20,000 nucleotides of DNA from IMG/VR virus record IMGVR_UViG_3300028888_002345. One strand, given 5' to 3'. A model generated the notes under the pieces. That model saw nothing but the letters and a program-made list of their open reading frames with translations. It was not told where the DNA came from and searched no databases. This stretch comes from an uncultured virus (IMG/VR IMGVR_UViG_3300028888_002345) (lineage: Duplodnaviria; Heunggongvirae; Uroviricota; Caudoviricetes). This document shows, piece after piece, positions 14,919-20,000 of this stretch. Every line of letters starts with the position of its first letter. The stretch's first letter is position 1. Made by a program: the position numbers and the translations under genes.

Positions 14919-15221
14919 ATGGGACATGTATATCATGCTGAAATTTGGGAGTGTAACGGTAAATGGCTATGTGGTGACGTTTCAGCCCTCGCCGCGTGTT
15001 CCAATTATTGTTGGTATCCAGCATTTATTTTAGACCTTTCCCCTGTTGATTTTGTAAAATTACTTATTTCAAAGTATCATGCTGTAAATCTTAGTTATAA
15101 AGCTAAATATGATGTCCTAATTTATTATTTTTCTACTATTGAAGACGCTCGAAAATATAAAAATGATATTAACAAAGCTGCTAAATTAAAAAATTTTATT
15201 AATTATGAGTAGGTCATATAA
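14919..15221 (+). CDS. Hypothetical protein, 97 aa to TAG 15212 or 100 aa to TAA 15221
   Basis: AAGGAG RBS; end depends on TAG decoding. Confidence 0.75.
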
Positions 15222-15510
15222 AAAACATCCGAGAGCAAAAGATACTGCTAGCAAAAACATGAAAAAATTTGCTAATAAAAAAGTTAGAGCAAATCAGGAT
15301 AATCTTCCCTCTAAAGGCAAGTCTTTTAAAAAAATTTTTGAGTCATGGGAGATTTCTGACTGGAATTGGCATTGGTCAAAGAGAGAAGCTATTGAAGAGT
15401 GGGAAGAAGAAGAATCTCCTCATTATACAGGATTAGCATGGAGACATGAGCGTTTTAAAACCTTTGAAAAATGGTTACAATATTGGGAAAAAAGTATAAA
15501 AAGAAAATGA
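15205..15510 (+). CDS. Basic hypothetical phage protein, 101 aa
   Basis: 'MSRSYKK.P..KD.....KK.ANKKVR' pattern; TGA stop followed by a hairpin. Confidence 0.75.
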   Translation: MSRSYKKHPRAKDTASKNMKKFANKKVRANQDNLPSKGKSFKKIFESWEISDWNWHWSKREAIEEWEEEESPHYTGLAWRHERFKTFEKWLQYWEKSIKRK

Positions 15511-15517
15511 TTACTTT

Positions 15518-15552
15518 GGACAATATTATAAAATATTGTCCTTATTTTTTTA
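15518..15552 (+). terminator. Terminator-like hairpin between the accessory and structural modules
   Basis: ggacaatatt-ataa-aatattgtcc followed by a T-tract. Confidence 0.7.
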
Positions 15553-15605
15553 TTATTTTTTAGAATTATTATATCAATATCTTAAAACTAAGAAAGGAAC
15601 TTTTT

Positions 15606-15977
15606 ATGGCTAATAAAACTATAGATGAACTTACTGAATTAACTAGTTTCGTCGAAAATGATGAATTAGCTATATATGATCTCAGTAATGACCTTACCAC
15701 TAAAGGAAAAATTAAAAATCTTTTTAAAACTCCTTTAACAGATTTAAATACTACATCTAAAAATTTAATAGGTGCTATTAATGAAAATAAAGCGGCTATT
15801 TAGAGTGGAGGCGGATCTGGTAGTGGATTACCTACTCCTCCAGATACATAGGGAGAATATATGCTCTCCTTATCTGTTAGCAGTTTAGATCAAGGATAGT
15901 CTCTTATTTATAATTATGGTTGGGAATAGTATATAAATGGAGATGATATATAGTATGGTATTAATCAGCCAACATAA
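15606..15977 (+). CDS. Putative virion/tail-associated protein, 123 aa, TAG-recoded (5 TAG)
   Basis: AAAGGA RBS; 'L.DLNTTSKNLIGAINE' motif typical of tail-fibre proteins; GGGSGSG linker after the first TAG. Confidence 0.7.
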
Positions 15978-16011
15978 TTTTTATAATAGAAAATAAACAA
16001 GGAGGTTATTT

Positions 16012-16368
16012 ATGTCAAGTGTAATTAAAGGAACCTCTATTACGCTTACTCGCGGAGATACATTACGAGTTCTTGTAGGAACTACTTATAAAGATGGAAC
16101 TGTATATACCCCTCAAAATGGAGACACAATTCGTTTTGCACTTAAACATCCGCAATTAAATACAAGGCAAACTGAATATAAAGATACTTAGCCTTTAATA
16201 ATAAAAGAAATACCTTATGATACAATGATATTAGAATTAGAACCAAGTGATACAAAACCTTTAGGTTTTGGTACTTATGTTTATGATATATAGATTACTT
16301 TTCCAGATGGAAGAGTTGATACTTTTATTACTTAGGCAGTTTTTAAATTAACACCAGAGGTACATTAA
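16012..16368 (+). CDS. BppU-like baseplate upper protein N-terminal domain, 118 aa, TAG-recoded (3 TAG)
   Basis: AAGGAGG RBS; 'ITLTRGDT...IRFALK...LEPSDTK.L.FGTYVYDI*IT..DG.VDTFI...FKL..EV'. Confidence 0.8.
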
Positions 16369-16369
16369 A

Positions 16370-16660
16370 ATGGCAGATTTAACAAGAATAGATGGTGAAA
16401 TTATAGGGTCATTATCTTCTCTTGATACTCTCTCTGGAACTTTAACAAATACATTGACCCTATCTGGAACTTTAACTCCAGGAACTTTTTCAAAAGATTA
16501 TCCTGTATATACTGGAATGTATGAAATAATTCCACTAGTAGATTTAGATATATTACTAGAAACAGCGAATAAAAGATTATAGGACAATATAATAGTTAGA
16601 AAAATTCCATATTCTGAAACTTTAAATGAAAGTGGTGGTTATACAGTGATAATAGGATAA
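16370..16660 (+). CDS. Tail-associated protein, 96 aa, TAG-recoded (1 TAG)
   Basis: Read-through restores C-terminal 'DNIIVRKIPYSETLNESGGYTVIIG', which matches the C-terminus of the next gene (IP....N..GG.TV..G). Confidence 0.75.
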
Positions 16661-16670
16661 GGAGATTTTG

Positions 16671-17267
16671 ATGGCAAATCAATATAAAAATAAAATAATT
16701 TTTGGTTAGGAAGTTTTAATTGATTTAACATCTGACACAGTAGATGAGGATCATTTATTACTAGGATATACTGCGCATGATAAATCAGGTGCTCCTATTG
16801 TTGGTTCCTGTACTTATGATTCAAATACCGCAGATGCAACTGCAACAGCAGCAGATATTTTAGCAAATAAAACTGCATATATTGCAGGAGAAAAAATAAC
16901 CGGAACAATATAGAATAATAGTGCATTATCTGGAACTATTTCAGATATTAATACACCTTATGTTATTCCTCAGGGTTATTATGACGGAACTAGTTCTGTC
17001 AGTATTGATTCTGATTAGCAATCTAAAATTATTGCTAGTAATATTAGAGAAGGTGTAGAAATTCTTGGCGTTGTAGGAACAATGACAGGAACAGAAGATG
17101 TTAATGCACAATAGAAAACAATTATTCCAACTTTTACACAACAAACTATTGTACCCGATTCTCCTACATATAATTATCTTTCATCAGTAACAGTATCTGC
17201 AATTCCAATTACAATGACTGATAATGCAGCCGGCGGAGTTACTGTTACCGTTGGTACTATTATATAA
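16671..17267 (+). CDS. Tail-fibre-repeat protein, 198 aa, TAG-recoded (4 TAG)
   Basis: AAGGAG RBS; 'DATATAADILANKTAYIAGEKITGT', 'IPQGYYDG', 'IIASNIREGVEILGVVG' repeats. Confidence 0.8.
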
Positions 17268-17287
17268 ATAGGAGGGTAATTTAAAAA

Positions 17288-17575
17288 ATGGCAGTAAATA
17301 TCGTTAATATTAATGGGGAAGATATTGTAAATCTTACGGATGCAACTGCCACAGCAGATAAAATTCTTTTAGGTTATACTGCATATGGTTCCGATGGAAA
17401 TAAAATAGTCGGAATTATTAATACATATGATGGTATGACTAATTTTATACCTACAACTTCTTAGCAGGTAGTTGCTACCGCTGGAAAAATTGTTACAGAA
17501 GATATAATTGTCGAACCAATACCAAGTAATTGGGGATTAATAACATGGGATGGCGCTGTTTTAACAGTGTCTTAA
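17288..17575 (+). CDS. Tail-associated protein, 95 aa, TAG-recoded (1 TAG)
   Basis: AGGAGG RBS; 'DATATADKILLGYTAYGSDG' repeat shared with neighbours. Confidence 0.8.
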
Positions 17576-17588
17576 AGAAGGATAAAAT

Positions 17589-19028
17589 ATGGCACAAAAT
17601 GTAATAATTAATGGCGTAACATATAATAGTGTACCTTAGGTTAATATCCCACTAGCGGGTGGAGGAACCGCTCACTTTTATGATACTTCTGATGCTACTT
17701 TAACTAGTGGAGATCAGATGTTATCTGGATATACAGCCTATGCTAATGGTACAAAATATACAGGTGCTATTGTACCAAAAGCAGCTTCAGATATGACTGT
17801 TTCTGGAGCTACGGTTACAGTACCTGCTGGATATTATGCTTCCGATATGACTAAAACTATTGCTACTGGTTCTGCAAGTACGCCAGCATCAACCATTACA
17901 GCAAATCCAACTATTTCTGTTAGTGCTACTGGTCTTGTTACAGTTACAGCTAGTAGTTCTCAGTCTATAACGCCAACTGTTACTCCTGGCTATATCGCTT
18001 AGGGTACTGCTGGAACAGTTACAGTTAAAGGAAGCAATACAAAACAACTTGATACAACTTCTATTACAGAAGGTAAAACAACAGTCTCTGGGACAACTGC
18101 AACTAGAGGTACAGCTACATGGAATACAGGATGGATTCAAACTGGTACTATATAGGCTGCTACTTTTGCTAATTCAGCAACATCAGGTAAAACATATGTA
18201 GATATTTCTTCTACAGATGATGCTCCTGTTCTTATTGCTGGAGATTCTTTATATATAAATAAAGGTTATGTCGATGATATTAAAATTAGTCTTGCAAAAC
18301 TTGTTCCAGACGGAGCTAATGCAAATCTTGCATCTGGAGTAATTTTAAGTGGATATTCAGCTTATAATAGTGATGGTACTCTTGTAGCTGGTAGTATTCC
18401 ATCAAAAGCAGCTGCTACTTATAATGTAAGCACATCTAATCAAACTATAGCAGCTGGACAATACTTATCAGGTGCTCAAACAATAAGAGCGGTTACAACA
18501 GCAAACATTTCTGCTGCAAATATTAAAAGTGGAATAACTATTAAAGTTGGTGACTCTGCTGATGATGATAGAATTATTACTGCAACTGGTACTTTTACAG
18601 CTGCTAATACTGTATCTAATGGACAGGTCGCGGCCGGTGCTGACCAGATCGTATCTGGGTATTCAGCATTCGTAGACGGGGTTGAAGTAAAAGGTTCAAT
18701 AGCATCAAATGGACCTGTTTCAGGAACAATTTCTACAAAAGCTGGAACAGTAACAGTACCTGCTGGTTATACTAGTGGAGGTAGTGTTTCAATAGCTTCT
18801 GCTGAACAAGCAAAAATTATTTCTGGCAATATTAGATCTGGAGTAACTATTCTTGGTGTCGCTGGTAGTTCAACAGTTGTTGACACTGCTCTTACAACAA
18901 ATGTAGCAAATGCTTCTCGTATTTTAAATGGATATAAAGCCTTTGTTAATGGAGAACAAATTACAGGTACTTTAACAACACCTGTTGTATCTCAAGATTC
19001 AGCTACAAAGGTTCTTAGTATTTCGTAA
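17589..19028 (+). CDS. Tail-fibre-like Thr/Ala/Ser/Gly-rich repeat protein, 479 aa, TAG-recoded (3 TAG)
   Basis: One frame from ATG 17589 to TAA 19026 interrupted only by TAG at about 17637, 18000 and 18153; repeated 'ILSGYSAY..G', 'VTVPAGY', 'NIKSG' units. Confidence 0.85.
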
Positions 19029-19046
19029 TGAGTAAAAGGAGGAAAT

Positions 19047-20000
19047 ATGGCACAAAACATCACTATTAATGGCGAAAACTTTCAAAGTGTGCCATCTGTG
19101 GTGTTGCCTAAGACTGGTGGCGGCAGTGCGTCATTCGTTGATACGACTGATGCTACTGCTACACCCAGTGAAATATTACAAGGCTACACTGCGTACGGTG
19201 CGGACGGCACCAAACTTACAGGAACCGCCGCGGGCGGAGTAGTCACAATAGTGGACACACAAGATGCAGCTGGTGGTACAATTAGAGAAATTACTGCGTC
19301 AGAGACGTTTACATTACAAGGAAATAAAAGTGTGACTCCCTCTGAAACAGCGCAAACAATAACTCCAGACACTGGATATGATGCATTTGCTAAGGTTAGC
19401 GTTGGAGCAATATCATCTACATATGTAGGATCTGATATTGCAAGAAAGTCTTCTTCAGACCTTACTGCAAGTGGAGCCACAGTTACTGTACCCGCAGGAT
19501 ATTATTCTTCCCAAGCATCAAAAGCTGTTGCAAGTGGTTCTGCAACAACACCAGCTACAACTATTACAGCAAATCCAACAATTAGTGTAAGTACTGGTGG
19601 TTTAATTACTGCAACTGCATCTACTTCTCAAAATGTTACTCCTACTGTTTCTGCTGGATATGTATCTAGTGGTACAGCAGGGAAAATTACGGTAAGTGGA
19701 TCAAAAACTCAACAACTTACTGTAAAAGCTGCTTCTACATATAATGTAAATACATCTAATCAAACTATTGCATCGGGGCAATATTTAACAGGAACACAGA
19801 CAATTCGTGGTGTTACCACTTCAAATATTTCAGCAGCAAATATAAAAAGTGGAGTTGTAGTTAAAGTTGGTGATTCAGCAGACGATGATAGAATTACCGG
19901 CGTTACTGGGACTTTTACCGCGGCAAACACTGTATCAAGCGGACAAACCGCGGCAGGTGCTTCCCAGATTTTATCTGGGTATTCGGGATTTGTAGACGGC
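19047..20000 (+). CDS. Tail-fibre-like repeat protein, paralog of 17589..19028 (runs off the window)
   Basis: AAGGAGG RBS; 318 open codons with no TAG; long blocks highly similar to the upstream gene, e.g. 'NISAANIKSG...KVGDSADDDRI...TGTFTAANTVS'. Confidence 0.85.
   Translation, partial: MAQNITINGENFQSVPSVVLPKTGGGSASFVDTTDATATPSEILQGYTAYGADGTKLTGTAAGGVVTIVDTQDAAGGTIREITASETFTLQGNKSVTPSETAQTITPDTGYDAFAKVSVGAISSTYVGSDIARKSSSDLTASGATVTVPAGYYSSQASKAVASGSATTPATTITANPTISVSTGGLITATASTSQNVTPTVSAGYVSSGTAGKITVSGSKTQQLTVKAASTYNVNTSNQTIASGQYLTGTQTIRGVTTSNISAANIKSGVVVKVGDSADDDRITGVTGTFTAANTVSSGQTAAGASQILSGYSGFVDG

Noticed and set aside
15606..19028. Structural genes as pseudogenes of a decayed prophage
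   Set aside because: Interruptions are exclusively TAG, with no frameshifts or TAA/TGA, and RBSs and gene packing are intact.
8571..19480. Further shadow ORFs (8571..8768, 9659..9844, 10266..10553, 10988..11221, 12086..12499, 13572..13787, 16941..17144, 17889..18140, 19184..19480)
   Set aside because: Each overlaps a better-supported gene in another frame or on the other strand.
18400..20000. DGR-like template/variable repeat pair in the tail-fibre paralogs
   Set aside because: Differences are mostly at synonymous positions and not adenine-specific; both copies are coding; no reverse transcriptase in the window.

Overview
AT-rich fragment of a large tailed-phage genome. The SigA/sigma70-type promoters and strong GGAGG/AAAGGAG ribosome-binding sites suggest a Firmicutes host (inference). 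The key feature is stop-codon recoding. At least 14 genes, holding 43 in-frame TAGs by my hand count, become complete RBS-to-TAA/TGA reading frames only if TAG is a sense codon (most likely Gln, code 15), so the supplied ORF track fragments or misses them. Layout: (i) 1-5.5 kb, TAG-free early-type cassettes, each with its own consensus promoter, plus a tRNA-Lys, promoter-only units that may make small RNAs, and a recurrent TTGTTAA-N4-TTAACAA / CCGG element. (ii) 5.5-8.2 kb, a non-coding operator cluster and a TAG-rich minus-strand gene cluster with an HTH protein and a Rep_3-like initiator (TAG at codons 2 and 9), beside 33-bp iteron-like repeats and DnaA-box matches. (iii) 8.3-15.5 kb, small accessory genes (Zn-finger/OB-fold, HExxH, kinase-like, U32-like). 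(iv) 15.6-20 kb, a TAG-recoded baseplate/tail-fibre module. Family assignments come from motif recognition by eye, not database searches.
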